Shown here: piece by piece, positions 12,001-24,100 of the stretch
Numbering within the stretch: position 1 is the first letter of the stretch
Layout: each line of letters begins with the position of its first letter
From: Amoebophrya sp. A120
Lineage: Eukaryota; Protista; Dinoflagellata
Direction: 5' to 3'
DNA: 64,000 bases
Assembly: GCA_905178155.1 (NCBI GenBank)
Contig: CAJINV010000009.1
Span: forward strand, 2,953,373-3,017,372
Notes under the pieces: model-generated
Databases searched by the model: none
What the model saw: the letters and a program-made list of their open reading frames with translations, nothing else
Told to the model about the DNA's origin: nothing
Position numbers and translations under genes: made by a program

Positions 12001-15000
12001 AAACGGCTTGACAGGTGTAGGCGAGACCCACACAGGCGGGGAGGAAGAACAGGAGGTTGAGTGCGTTTTTGTACACCGAGTTTTTAATCGAGGTTTTTCC
12101 ACCACCACCAGCTAAAGCCGTCGAGCTGCAAGATGAGAAGGGTGCGAAAAATCGCCCCGGAGCCCGCTGTCCGCGACGCGCCTCCGGGAGATGAGGTTCC
12201 ACCTCTGATATGAGAATGCAAAACTCCCCCTGCTCCCCCTTATTTGTAAGTATGGCATGTGCAGCAATGCAGACACCAGCTCAAATGGAGCTTATGCATG
12301 TTGACAAGTTGATGCCCGTAACGTAGTACTATTTGGGCTTCCGAGATTTGTCATGCAAAGCGTGCCACGACGCAATGATAGGCCTTTGGCTTTTGCATAT
12401 ACAAATGCGCGGGAGGTGGAGTTGTGCACTGTCATATCTGATGTCGAGTTGTTTGAAGTCGTGGTCTCGCCGACTGAAGCCGAATTCATATCGTTCGACG
12501 TCGATATCAAAAGGAAAAATCCCCCCTCCCCATACTGAAAGGGTATGCTTCTGAGAATTTGCGATGCTAATTTGTGGCCACAAATCCTCTCTCTCTTGCA
12601 AGAGGGCAAACTCAGAGACCCCGCCACGATATGCAGGCAATTTGTAAAGCTGGAAGGCCTATAGGGCAGACGCCTGCCATGCTAGGCCCCTACACTAAGC
12701 GGCCCCCCTTAGGCTTACGATCTGCGCGCAGTCCTTTACTGCAAGACAAATGTGGTCTGTGTACTCAAATACAGCAACACAGATTTCCGCTTTGATATGG
12801 GGAGGGGGGATTTTTCCTTATGATAGACGACCCGCGGTCTTCATGATCCCCATCATCCGTGCCAGACTCGTCGTCGGAGGTCGAGGTGGCAGTCCCTCTA
12901 TTCGTGCACATCTTTTGACGTTGTACTCCACCGGCTGATGAGGCTCCAAAATTTGTCCTACCCTGCATCGCATTTACATCCGGATCATCATGAGCCTGAC
13001 CTGCATCACGATGAGAAGAACGTCGTGCAGATTCTCTTGTGCTGCTGCTGCCTTGATTCTCAACATCATGATTCGCTTCCGCTCTAGAACCAGCACTGCG
13101 ATGTCCCGTAGTAGAAGAAGCTCCCCGCCGGCGACGGGGCCGCTGCACCTGCCCAACGTGTTGAACCTCCTCTTGGGGTCGTCCGTGAGAAGTACCGCTG
13201 ACGTCGTGGGGGTCGTTCTTACGGCCACTGTCCAAAAATCTTCCACTCCCCGCAGCTCTATTTATTCCATCGTTCGTTGTACTGGAAGATGATTCTTGCC
13301 GGGAGAAGAGCGACGAGGTCAAGGCGGAGATGAACATTTTTCTACTAGTACAACCCGAAGGCACTTTGATATTCTTGCCATTGTCTTTCTGTTATCAAAT
13401 GCAAAAATGTCTGGGTCTGGAAGAATACAAACTTGTGATGCGCATTTCAGCACACAGAAAAATCTCTGATGCATAGGTAGCAAAAGCTGCCCACTTTCTG
13501 TCACCAAAGGGGGGGATTTGTCATGCGGATTCGGCATTGCGGAAGCTTTTCGAAACCTGTGATGCTAGAGCTTCCATGCCAGACCTTCTGTGTCATGCAA
13601 AAACAGCATGACTCTTCCAGACCCAGACATTTTTACATTTGATATCTGTGGTCCACTGGTTGATGCACCACTGTGCTCGGCCTCCGACCCGAAAAAACTG
13701 GTCTTCTCGTCCGAGTCTGAATTGTCAGCGTCATCATGCTTTCCTTGTTCATCGCCAGCAGGGGCTATCGTGGAAAAAAAATCCTCTCGTCCCCGTACTC
13801 CAAGTGGAAGGGTCGTGTCTACCTACTAGCCGCAATGCCTTACTGCAACACAGAGCGCGGCACTGGTGTATGCAAATCCAGCGTCAGAAACTTCGTTTTT
13901 ACATGGCGAGGGGTGATTTTTCCATTTGATAGCAGTTCCAGTTCCTCCACGTACGGCGGCTTTGCTGGATCTATTTTCTCGGTGGTTCTTCTGTCTTTTC
14001 TGCCGTAGCTCGACATGTTCTTGCATGTTCACTCCATTTGTTTCACTTCGCGGGTCAGCAGCACGAATACTAACGCTAGTAGATTTACGTGCGGCTGCAG
14101 GTCCTGGTTGTGGAGAGCCAGTCGCGGTCTCAACTATAGCTGCCGCTGCGAGGGGCTTCGGCAGTTCCGATCGCAGGGTGTGGACGTAGCGGGTTATGTA
14201 TGGGAGTGTCAGGATCGAAATCGACAAAATCGAAATAATCTGTAATGCATAAAATGCTACGCAAAAAGCGACTCTATTGCAGAGGATGCAAGGAAGGCGG
14301 GTTGTAGTCCTGGTAAGGGTTAGGTGTTGGGCTGCTGTCTAGCATGACAGAAGGCAGCTCTTTCTCCGTAAACCGCATGACAGATTCACTTCCAGGTGAC
14401 GGGGAGAATTTGTCATGCGCCGACTACAAACTGTGGGTCTAACTGGCATCGATTTTGTGCATCACAAGTTTTTCGATTTTGCCAATTTCGATTCTGACAC
14501 TTCCATATTATGAAAACGTAGAATATCGCCCATCCTTATCTTTGCCTTTCAAAAAAAATTTGGTCTTGTTGTGCTAGGACATGCAGGATCAGGAACGTCG
14601 TGCAACATCAAATTAAGCACATCCACATCCTTATACAATACAGTCAGGCGTCGTCGATCTGCCATGTAATGCAAGGGCGGTGCGCCACAGATATTATACA
14701 GTCTGTAATGCAAGGCTGCACTACAGATATACAGTTTTTTGGGATGGGATGGGATGGGATGGGATGGGATGGGACGGATAGCGCGGGTAGTATCAAAAGC
14801 AAAAATCCCCCCTCCCCATATTGAAAACGCATCCGTCTGAAAATTTGTGACGCAGATTTGTGGCTACAAATCCTGACTGTCTTGCAAGAAGGCAAAGCCA
14901 GAGAGTCCGCCGCATTATGCAGGCGGTTTGTGATGCTGTTGGACCTACAGCGCGGATATTTTTCATGCTAAGCGCCTAGGCCAAAGCCTCTCTGTTCACA

Positions 15001-18000
15001 CTTAGTATGGGCCTGCAGTGCTCTCCAGAAAGACATCTAGGATTTGTGTACACAAATCCAGCATCAGAAATTCCGTTTTGATATGGGGAGGGGGGATTTT
15101 TCCTTTCGATAGGTAGTGTTCAAAGGCCGGCATGGATCTGTTTTCTCTTGCTCGGTAGACTCGGTGCTACTCTGCTTATAGAATTATGGAAGTGCTGTCA
15201 GGACCGAAATCGTTAAAGTTGAAAAAATAATTTGCGATGCACAAAATCGATGCCAGTTGGGCACACAGTTTTTCTAGCCTCTGCAGCAAGTCTGTCGTGT
15301 TGTTTAGGGCAAGAGGGCTCCCCTTTGTCATGCTAATCAGAAGCCCAATTCTTCACGACCCTTAAGAGCACTACAATCTGCCTCCCTTACGCGCTCTGCA
15401 ACCGAGGCGGTCTTTGCGTGTGCGTCGCACTTTATGCATGGCAAATTATTTCAACTTTGTCGATTTCGCTCCTGATGCTTCATAACAATGGTATGTCTGG
15501 TAGTCTGGACAATTCGTCCTCAGAAGATGTTGTTGGATCACGATGATTAGGGCAACTTCTCATGATCCCCTTTGAAGATATCATGCTGGCGTTCCTCATC
15601 TGTCCACCAGAACCAGAAAACAACGCGGGCGCAGCTCCGGACGGTGGAGAAGGTGGCAGTTGCAGATCATGTTGAGCTAGGAAAGAACCTCCACCGCTGC
15701 TCGCTTGGAATAAGAAGTTCTGCTTGGTACTTTTCTGATAGTCGTGGTACAACGACCCGGCGCTCGACGTCCCGCGCGTTGTCTTTTTGTGCAGCGGGGA
15801 CGATGTCGTGCCTGAACTGGATAAAGCAGCTGTGCCTGCTGTGGGCGGCAGATCTGCTCCTTGGATCAGCCCCTGCTGGCCATCCATGATCTGTTCTTGG
15901 CCCCCGTGATTTACTAGTGGTGTGTTCCCGGCCGCGATTACCCTCGCTATGGGACTGGCACTGTCATTTCGCGGCTGTTGTTCAATGTGCGAGGGTGCGT
16001 CCTTTTGTTCCATCCTGTCGGAACTGCGCAACTGGAGCTGTTGATCATGCTGTTCTTGTTGCCCATGTGGATAAACAATCTTATCCTGCTGGTCTTGTGG
16101 AAATGAGAAACTAGGTTCACCGCCGGGGATCATATCAAATGTAGTTGGCTTAGGTTGTTGTAGAACACGTTCTTGATCATCTTGAGTTGATGTCCTCGCT
16201 GGGTCCTCAAGCACGGCTCTACCGCTCTCTTGTTCGCCTCTTGTGATACGATCATGCTGTTGAACATCAAAAGGTTCATCTTCACCTTTCCCAGGAGTGC
16301 GGCCGGGGGCCAACACGACCGGGGTGCTGGGCGGCTGGCGGTGTTGCACCAAATGCGACGATGCGAAAGACGGCCTACTACTAGAGCTGCTGGCGTCGGC
16401 ATTTGACCCTGCGGCGGCGTTGCTGTGTCGGGAGTGTCGCTCGCCGGCCCGAAGAAGTTCTTCATCTCCCTCGTGGCTCCGTTGGTGTAAGTGGGAGGTA
16501 GAACTAGAAGACGTTTCTTCTAGACCTCGTGGACTATGACGATCTTGAAGATCATTTGTGTCCCCGACGTGCGGAAGATCCTGAGACTCCACCTCCCGCT
16601 TCATCTTCCGCAGTTGGCGCTTCACATTTGATGCAGTCGCTTGTTCGCCTTGGTCATTTTTTACATTCTTGGAGGTAGGAGGAGCAGTGGAAAAGGCCTG
16701 CATGCGTTCGTCTTCCGAGAGTTGCTGGCGAATCACCTCGATATCCAGGTCCCGTTGTGACGGCTGAGAAGTAGAGCTTGTAGTATTCTTTTCGGTCATC
16801 TGGTGATCATGATGCTTTCTGCGACGCCGCCGGCCACGAGGACCACTAGTAGTACCTCCCTGATCGACTTGCGACAGAGCCAGAGTAGCAGCAGACTCCT
16901 CCGTTTTGCTGGTGCTGCAACAGGGCAGCTCCTCAGGTGGGGCGGTTGGTTCTTTTCCCAAGAAGATCTCCTGCGTTGTTCCGGCAGCGGGGAGAGCTAC
17001 AGGAGAGGTCGCATAATGATAAATATCCGAAGGTAGCTCTGCTTGTTCTTCTGGCGAACCAACAGAGCGTTCTGCCCGACGTTCTCGTGCTGTCGTAGAT
17101 GATGACGTTAAACTCCTGTTAATATCCTGTGCCGAAGAAGTAATGTTAACATCTTCACCCTGTTGAGATGAGGAAACGCCACCTTCTTGGCCACCCGGCG
17201 AAGAGGGCCTTGATGCACCAGTCCTAGACAGCTGTAGCTTTTTTCGCCGACCGAGCTTGGTCGCTGAGACTCCTACGGGTAAGAAGAGTTGTTGCTCTAG
17301 GGGTCGTGAATCAAACCCAATAAAGCTCGACGAAAAAGTTCCAGAGCAGACTTCTACATCTTCACCAGCATGATCTACTTCGCCATCTGGAAGATGAAAA
17401 TGATCTTCGGGGTTGTAAACGTAACACAGGTCGTCCTCGCCAGCCGTCGAAGTTGTCGCAGAAGTTGTTCTGCTCCACCAGTAGAAGCAGGAGTTGTCGT
17501 CCTGGAAGACGATTTTCGAGATCGAGATGGCGAACAAGAGCAGTTTTAGGACAAGAACTTCGTAAAATAACTTTGTTCCTGGGTAGAAACGTCCAGATAA
17601 AAATCTGCCCGCTTGCAGAAGTAGGACGTTCCTCCCTCCTTGTCGTGCAGCTCTAGTACCTCTAGTGCGGGGTCGTGCAAAGGCTCCTAATCCTTGTGCA
17701 TTGCTCTTGCTTGTAGTTTTTGTTTTTCGACCTGTAGTTGCATAATTTTTTCCAGACCGCGTAGGGGTCGTTTGTCCCCTTGCCGGCGCGCCGGGTAGGG
17801 CTACACTAAATGGCACGCATTGTGCGGCCGTCGTCGAAGAGGTTAGTTTTTCCAGCGAAGCGGCCATCGGATTCGTGGTCGTCGTAGCTTTTTTCACCCA
17901 GCTCGTAAGATTATAGCGCGAACTGGACCAAGTCCGTCCGTGGAAGCAGGACGAAAGAGAACCAGAACCCCAATTTCCCTGATATTTTTCCACCATTGAA

Positions 18001-18065
18001 TTCTCTTCTTCATCCAAGCTGAAAAAAACAAGCAGCACTGCGGCTTCCAGAGAATCAGAAAGCAT
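78..18065 (-). CDS. Very large low-complexity (Ser/Thr/Gly/Gln-rich) hypothetical protein of about 2,950 aa or more, with a few hydrophobic segments; split by at least 20 introner-type introns; 3' end runs off the window
   Basis: Manually removing each TIR element plus one 5-bp TSD joins the ORFs 15480-18065, 13826-14227, 12765-13364, 12292-12627, 11582-12202, 7333-7515, 6918-7202, 6305-6664, 5045-6070, 3449-4783, 2982-3392, 2201-2734, 1923-2213, 1351-1914 and 399-1220 in frame (e.g. QGGP|QAGVFDTMSMN, QIAT|LASVALV, NASA|SWRETL). Start codon and the 14195-14790 junction are uncertain. Confidence 0.75.
124..332. mobile_element. Introner (TIR intron)
   Basis: tatccaacaaaaaaacg...ttttttcgtggata; TSD tttcg/tttcg; frame restored. 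Confidence 0.85.
363..542. mobile_element. Introner (TIR intron)
   Basis: tatccacaat...ttgtattgcata; TSD ggagc/ggagc; frame restored. Confidence 0.85.
1246..1508. mobile_element. Introner, family A (CTGGGTCTGGAA TIR)
   Basis: tatcaactgtaaaagtgtccgggtctggaa...ttccagacccagacatttttacatttgata; TSD gcggc/gcggc. Confidence 0.92.
1726..1986. mobile_element. Introner, family A
   Basis: tatgcattgcaaatatgtctgggtctggaa...ttccagaccccgacatatttgcacctgtta; TSD tccgt/tccgt. Confidence 0.9.
2163..2312. mobile_element. Introner (short, GTAC-rich TIR)
   Basis: tatgcaatgcaaaagtatcgtac...gtacgatgcttttgcagttcata; TSD ccttc/tcttc; frame restored. Confidence 0.85.
2779..3011. mobile_element. Introner (TIR intron)
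   Basis: tatccgaggaaaaaaact...agttttttcttgcata; TSD acatt/acgtt; joins MARER|AGYNNREG to MARAP in frame. Confidence 0.8.
3217..3537. mobile_element. Introner, family D (GGAAAAATCCCCCCTCCCCATA TIR)
   Basis: gatcgtaaggaaaaatcccccctccccatatc...gatatggggaggggggatttttccttgcaata; TSD aggag/aggag. Confidence 0.9.
4778..5108. mobile_element. Introner, family D
   Basis: tatcaaaaggaaaaatccccc...ggatttttcgtgctgata; TSD ttgct/ttgct. Confidence 0.9.
6016..6316. mobile_element. Introner, family E (GTAAAAACG TIR)
   Basis: catgctgtgtaaaaacg...cgtttttacacaggata; TSD cgttg/cgttg. Confidence 0.87.
6722..6957. mobile_element. Introner (TTCTCAACTGT TIR)
   Basis: tatggcgttctcaactgttacattctcaactgt...acagttgagaatgtaacgtttgagaatcccata; TSD gaagc/gaagc. 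Confidence 0.88.
7134..7393. mobile_element. Introner, family A
   Basis: tatgcattgcaaatatgtctgggtctggaa...catatttgcagttgata; TSD ccggg/ccggg. Confidence 0.92.
7895..10700. repeat. GC-rich degenerate tandem array of self-complementary units of about 45 bp
   Basis: Dozens of copies of ggccaagagctccttggcc-atcactttt-cggtcggg-caaaagtgat; both halves of the unit are palindromic. Confidence 0.92.
10945..11143. repeat. Two tandem copies of about 98 bp, each carrying the hairpin ccggcgtcctggacgccgg
   Basis: gcggctaaaggg(t/c)tgacggcgggccggcgtcctggacgccggaccgcaaaaggcgt occurs twice. Confidence 0.85.
11395..11645. mobile_element. Introner, family A
   Basis: tatcaaatgcaaaagtgtctggg...cccagacatttttgcaatccata; TSD gcaga/gcaga. 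Confidence 0.92.
12209..12436. mobile_element. Introner (TIR intron)
   Basis: tatgagaatgcaaaactcc...ggagttgtgcactgtcata; TSD tctga/tctga. Confidence 0.87.
12505..12825. mobile_element. Introner, family D
   Basis: tatcaaaaggaaaaatccccc...gggatttttccttatgata; TSD gtcga/gacga. Confidence 0.9.
13393..13644. mobile_element. Introner, family A (body in opposite orientation to 1246-1508)
   Basis: tatcaaatgcaaaaatgtctgggtctggaa...catttttacatttgata; TSD tctgt/tctgt. Confidence 0.92.
13766..13931. mobile_element. Introner, degenerate and internally deleted family D
   Basis: tatcgtggaaaaaaaatcctctcg...cgaggggtgatttttccatttgata; TSD eroded (ggggc/gcagt) but frame restored with a 5-bp offset. Confidence 0.7.
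14195..14510. mobile_element. Introner, family F (TCAGGATCGAAATCG TIR); part of a composite intron extending to about 14783
   Basis: tatgtatgggagtgtcaggatcgaaatcgacaaaatcgaaa...tttcgattttgccaatttcgattctgacacttccatatta; left flank cgggt recurs only at 14784-14788. Confidence 0.7.
14741..14773. repeat. (GGGAT)n microsatellite
   Basis: About 6.5 copies of gggat. Confidence 0.9.
14791..15111. mobile_element. Introner, family D
   Basis: tatcaaaagcaaaaatcccccctccccata...gatttttcctttcgata; TSD ggtag/ggtag. Confidence 0.92.
15185..15484. mobile_element. Introner, family F (opposite orientation to 14195-14510)
   Basis: tatggaagtgctgtcaggaccgaaatcg...cgatttcgctcctgatgcttcata; TSD agaat/acaat; frame continues PDIPL|YKQSSTE. 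Confidence 0.8.
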
Positions 18066-21000
18066 ACGCTTCTCAAATCAACCCGACAATCGTTGACAAC
18101 AACTGGTGCTAAAGGGTCGTCCTCGTCGTGTACATTATCAACTACCCTTGGAAGTAAAAACCAAAGCTGCGACAAACAGGAAAAAGTGTACCTTGAAAAC
18201 TCAGGAACTCGGTTCGGGTCCAGGGCACCAAGATGTGCTGGAAAAGCTGCAGGATTTCCTTTCTGTGAAGAAGGCCAGAACCAGCACGAGCGGTTTCCTC
18301 ACTGAATCGGCAGATCGCCGAAACAAGTTGATGTACTTCGCGTAGGAGCTGCACCTCCGCTGGAAATGGTAAAGCAATCACTTATATTCTTGACGGTAAA
18401 AATTATTACGCCGCTCCAGCACAGCTACTTCCGTATAGTTTTTATCGTAGTCGCTTGTCGTGATCAGGTTGAAGCAGGCGAGACAAGACTCGACTGATTG
18501 TAGTTCTGGTGTCGCTTGATAGAAGATAACTTTGTTTTTATGTCGCTTTATATTCTTTGTCGCTTTGTTTTTAGTTCGAATTCTAAAACAAGACCTGATA
18601 TAATCTTTATTCTCCTGAAGTTGTTGTTTACTTGTGTCAACGGTGTTGACAAAGAGTTAGTGCATTCGTATGCGTATTGCTGTGTTCTCTGTCGTCGGAT
18701 GGTGATGTTTTCTTTCGGCGGGTTGCAGGTGTGGCTGTGGCTGTGGTTGTGTGAATCTGGGTCGCTAATAAGTTAGTAATTCAAGGCCGCTGGTGTTTTC
18801 ACTCAAGTAGTCTACTCCTGTTTTCCTTGTTTCCTTTGCGGAGGACGAGGTGGACTCAATGAGCTGGTGGCAAAGACTCCTTCCTCGTCGTCGCCTTTAT
18901 TCCGCAATCAAAACTACGTACGGATGTGAAGAAGATGTTGAAGAGGGACAAGGAAGCAATCCCTCCAAAAAAGCACTTCTACACACACCGAAAACAACTC
19001 GTTCAGGTGGCGCCGTTCGGTCTGGTACAGGAAAAAAGAAAAAGTGTAGTCGCCGCTCCGGTGCACCAAATACAATCCAAGTCGAGCAGCTCTGTGCAGC
19101 AATAAAGTATTTAGAGAGAACAACGAGTAGCCCCGAGGACCCCGGTCGTTTTAGCTGTTAGCTTTTTCTCGTCTCCCCTGGAAAACTACAGCCGGAAGCA
19201 CTGGAAAAGTTAACCCGCTGCACACTGTGGTCGGTGATACTGTGGTCGGTGTCCACCGGGAGGACCTTCGCGATCTAGAGGGAACAAAAGCAAAATCATT
19301 TTTGGTAAATGGTACTAAAGGCGTAATGGTATAATTAATTTGTAGTGGATGAGATTTCAACTTAAGAGTAAGAAATCGAAACAAGAATTATATCGATACA
19401 ACAAGAAATTTTTATCGAACTTTATTTCAATAGGGTACTTTTTAGTACGTAGCCCGCCTCCGCAACGATTTACTTTATACCCCATACATTCAAGTATTTT
19501 ACTTATTTCGCAGAGATGTTGTACTTCAAAATCAGATACCGCCTCCTCAAACAATGAATATCGTGTCGTACATCAAAAGAAATCAATAAAAGTGTCTTTT
19601 CTTCTTTACCTTCCCCATTGACTCAAGAAATACCCTATTAGATTCGGATTGGTTGAAATTCAGTAGAAGAATCGACCCGTGTGGAATCTTCATTGGTTTC
19701 AAATATTGAAATATCTTCTCGGCAAAGAAAAAGAACTTCAGGTAGCATGCGAGATAACTTGTCGACAAAATATAAAATTAGTCCAGCTAGCGGCAAAAGT
19801 CAGAGGGTATTGTGGTACTTCAAGTAGTTCTCGCACCATTTGCATTTCATTGAGTATCTATTGGTCGGCGGGCAAGTTTTCATTTTGAGTTCGGCAACGC
19901 GGGGGCAAGAAATCGCAAATAAGTTGCAAACTACTATCCAAAAGGAACGAGATCCGGCTTGGGAAAAAAACATGCAAGATCTTGGGAGAGAGAGAAGATG
20001 AAGATGAAACAGCAACTCAATATAGAGCAGACAGCTTTCTTTCTTTACTTATCCAGTGTAGATGAAGAATTCGTCCGTTGTACGTGAATACTAGTGCTTA
20101 ATTATACTTGTTTCAGGCACTGAAAAAACAGCCAGAAAAAGACAAAAGGAATACTTAGCAGCAAGAGTCAAAAAAAACAAAGTTGCTTACTTTACGTTGC
20201 ATGTGTATGTGTTGAAAATTCGCGCTCGCACTGCTATGTAACGCAAGACTCTTATGGGCAAAAGTCTTTCTTTCATACCTAGACGCACACGCAGTTACTA
20301 AAGCTATGGAATAAGTACATCTACGCTGCACGCACGCGGATCTTCACCAGGGTCCATCTTTTTTCTCAACATGGGGATCGACATCATTTTCGACTGACTC
20401 ATCGTATATATAAGCAGGAGGCTCGGCACCGTCAGAACATCGATTGAATATGAGTGACTGATGCACACTGAAATACAACTCTTCTGCAGAAGCAAGGAGA
20501 GGAAGGCCATCAATTCGAAAAGGCCCTTCTTGTTGACTTCCTTGCGGTTGTTAGTTGTTTGTAATTTTTGGCCGCTGCGCCAAGATTACGAAGAACCAGA
20601 TCAGCATGGTCTACTCTGACCTCCACTCTACTGCCGCTTCAACTTTTATTCCCCTCGGACTAGGTAGTAGCAGTGTACAAAAACGGTCTAGCCAAGACCA
20701 CAGAGCTGCACCGCAACCCAGCACAACGCTTTTATTGCTCATTGCAAGTGCAAGAACAGTAGCAGAATAGGACTGAACAAGCAACTAGTGTCCTGGATTG
20801 CAGTTCCATCCAAGCTGCTTCTCGCTGATGATGACGCTCTTTTCCATATATGAAAAATCCGAATCGTACAAGCTGGCGCTAATACAGCAAGCTCCTAAAG
20901 AAACTGAAGTTACTGTACAGTGGTAAATGTAAGTAACCACAAGCTAATTTTAAGTATCAACAATCAAAGTCGATACAACCTTGAAACCCAAACTATACGT

Positions 21001-21187
21001 GAGGTACTATCGAACTTGGTTCATTGCCCCAGTTTATTTCAATGAAAAGGTTACCAAGAGGCTGTGTCCGCATCACAAAATTTTCCTCTTCTTCCCAACC
21101 TAGAAGCTAGAAACGAGCTTCTGCTGTTTTCATCCCGTCCACCTTTGGCTCCCCCGCACTATCATTGCAATCGCTTCTTGCACCGTC

Positions 21188-24100
21188 CTACAATTCCGCT
21201 TCGTTCACCCATTTCATCGGCCCGGTTATTCTGCTGATCCTTCTCTGCGCCGGCCGGGGGTTGTATCCTGAGTAAAAACGTTCCCACACCAGAGTCAGGA
21301 TGTGGATTTTGCAACACAAACCTAGGAGTTTTGGGAGTCACGCATGACAAGTTGCACTCCGCAGTGTAGTGCAGCTTAGCAAGTGCAGCCGCATCACAGA
21401 TTCATCTGCTCATCCTGTTCACAGCGTCACAAATTCCAATACACGATTGGCAATGGCTCTCATGGGGATGCGCATTACAAGTCTTCCTGTCTTTGCCAAT
21501 CTGCATTACAACTCTGCTGTGGGTACGTTTTTACTCAGGATAGGTTGAGCTCGTTCATCAGCTCTAGTTTCTTCGCGTACAGGTGCCGGCAGGTCGCGTC
21601 TTTATCAAACGGAAAAATCCCCCTTCCCCAGCATATCAAAACGAGGCTTCTGATGCTGGATTTGGGTACACAAATCAGATTTGTCTTGCTGGAGAGGACT
21701 GTAGGCCCATGTCAAGACTGAGTAGAGACGTTTTGGGCTAGGCGCTGAGCATGGCAAACGTCTAGTCTGTAGGGCCGCCAGCATCACAAACCGCCTGCAG
21801 AATGCGGCGGAGACTGTGGAGCTGCGTTCTTGCAAGACAGAGACGATTTGAGGTCACAAATCAGCATCTACCTTTTCCGGCTACGATTTTCTGAGATCTA
21901 CCTTTTCGATATGGGGAGGGGAGATTTTCCCTTACAATAGTCTTTCGGGGTGACTTTTGATGCCCGGTGGGAGGCTGTGAGGGGAAGATGAAGAGGTTGT
22001 TCCGGATAGTCAGTATCAGCAGGACAATACCGGGATGCTGAACTACGTGGGGAAGCTGCTACCATGTCTACTGCGGCCGAAGATGGACGAATTTGTGTTG
22101 CTGTTGCTGAACTTCCACTGGATGTAGTTGCTTCAGCATTTTCAACTGTGTTTTCGTTCTTTTTCTGTTCTACCAACATCTCCGGACTTATCTTTGCCAG
22201 TTGCTCGATCCGTTTCCGCAGTTGATACGAAATTCGCCCGGTTTTTACCAACGTATCTAACTGCTGCAAATCTTCCATTTTGTTTTTACTCTGCTGTTCC
22301 TCGGGCCGCAGCGGTTCATCTTCCTCCACTTCCTCACAGCCTTCTTGCTCCGGAGTCGGTCCAAAAACGATTCCCTTATTTGTGAAAGACAGCAAAGACA
22401 CAGCGATCGGGATAATGAGAACCGGAACTTGTCTTGCGTACACCCGAACCGTCATCACCACCTCGTTGTCGTTAAAACCTAATGGGTGCCTATGCACTGC
22501 AAATATCCACGATCTGGGTCTCGGTCTTGGAGTACATGTACAATTGTGCTGCTGATAAATATTAAGTACTCGCGCCACAGAATAGCCGGTTGCACCCCGG
22601 CGTAACAGCATCAGAAGTTTATTTTCAGGCTTCTTTCACTCGTAAATCACATCACAAACTCCAAGTGAGTTTCACAGCATGGCAAAAAAGATAGAGTAGA
22701 GCTAGCGACTCGTATTCCTGCATCACAGATCATGTTGTGCTTGAAATTTTGCACGACAAATTCAGTGGCCCAGACATGATGCTATTTGCAATGCATAGTG
22801 CATCGCGTCGTACATCTTTTCCGGAAAATTCGCCCACGACGGGAGAATTTTACTTTGTGTTGCGGAAGGTAGTAGAGAGTGCGGATTTGTCATGCTGGTA
22901 CTAGAGGTATTAGTTGATGCGAAAAATTTTTCCACCTTTTCTCGCTTGCGGACGTAGAGTTGCGACGGGAAAATGTAGGCCTCGCACTTTTCCATCGCGT
23001 GCAAAGCCCCTTTCGGCCCGTAAAACGCTGTCGATGCGGCCTGTAATGCTGCAAGCCTTGCTCGTTTCTTGACAGGAACTTGCTCCGCTTGATCCCCTCC
23101 TCCTCCGAAAATTGTTGTTCGGTTCCAATCTCTATCAAATGCAAAAATGTCTGGGTCTGGAAACTTGTGATGCTAGAATGTGGACGATGGAAAGAGTTCC
23201 GAATGCAACCCAGCATGACAACTTTCCAGAACGCTCTCTCATAGGCAATCCGCATGAGAAATTGCGTTTTTGCATATACAAAAGAGGTTGCGACTTTTGT
23301 TGGTTATGCAATACAGATTTTCGAGGTATGGACAGCTAGCATTACAAGTTCCAACCTTCCAGACCCAGACACTTTTGCAATCCATAATCTCTCACAAAGT
23401 AGTCGCAGCTTTGCCGGACCCCCTCCTGCCACCCCAGCATTTTTCTGCGGCCATCACGCGGATTCGGGAACAGCAAGGGAATAAAGGGATCAGTTTTATT
23501 GTTGTTGGCGTTGTCTACAACTTGTTCGCGCTGTTCAACATTTGCCTCTGACTCAGCCGTTGAAAGAGAAGAGGTAGATGATGAAACCGCTCGCGCAATC
23601 AAGAAATTCGGGGAATGAAGTTGACGACCCGGTTGCTCTACTGCCGTAGTTCCCAGCTCCTCTGGGTGGATCATGGCTTCGAATGTCAATTTGATGAAAA
23701 GATTCTGGCCACTATTTTCACCTTCGCCGACCGCCATTACGATGATATTAGTTCTTTTCCAATTATTTCGTGTCGTCCTCGTCGTTATCTTGCCAGCAGG
23801 AAGATGGGCAGCGTCGTGCACGTCGACCTTCGATGTAGTTGACATAATTATCTCCTGCTTCACCATTTTCCACTTCGTTCGCAAACTTGGGTTCGCGACC
23901 GCGTCCGTTCCCCCTTTTTTAACGAAGTGCTCGTACTCCTGTTCCAGCAACCGAAGAAATCCCTTTTTGAACGGCGCGGCTTTCCGAAAACGCTTGCCAT
24001 ACTCCGTTTTCGGATTGTTCACGGATTTGAACCAGGAAACGTAGTTGTTGAGTTCATTGGGGTTGTCTTGATGGTTGCTTTTGTTCTGCTGCTGGCCTAT

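Noticed and set aside
18100-21150. Short ORFs (e.g. 18850-19161, 19357-19554, 20304-20513) as genes
   Set aside because: Short, no recognisable motifs, and no introner junctions linking them. An unrecognised gene or UTR here cannot be excluded.
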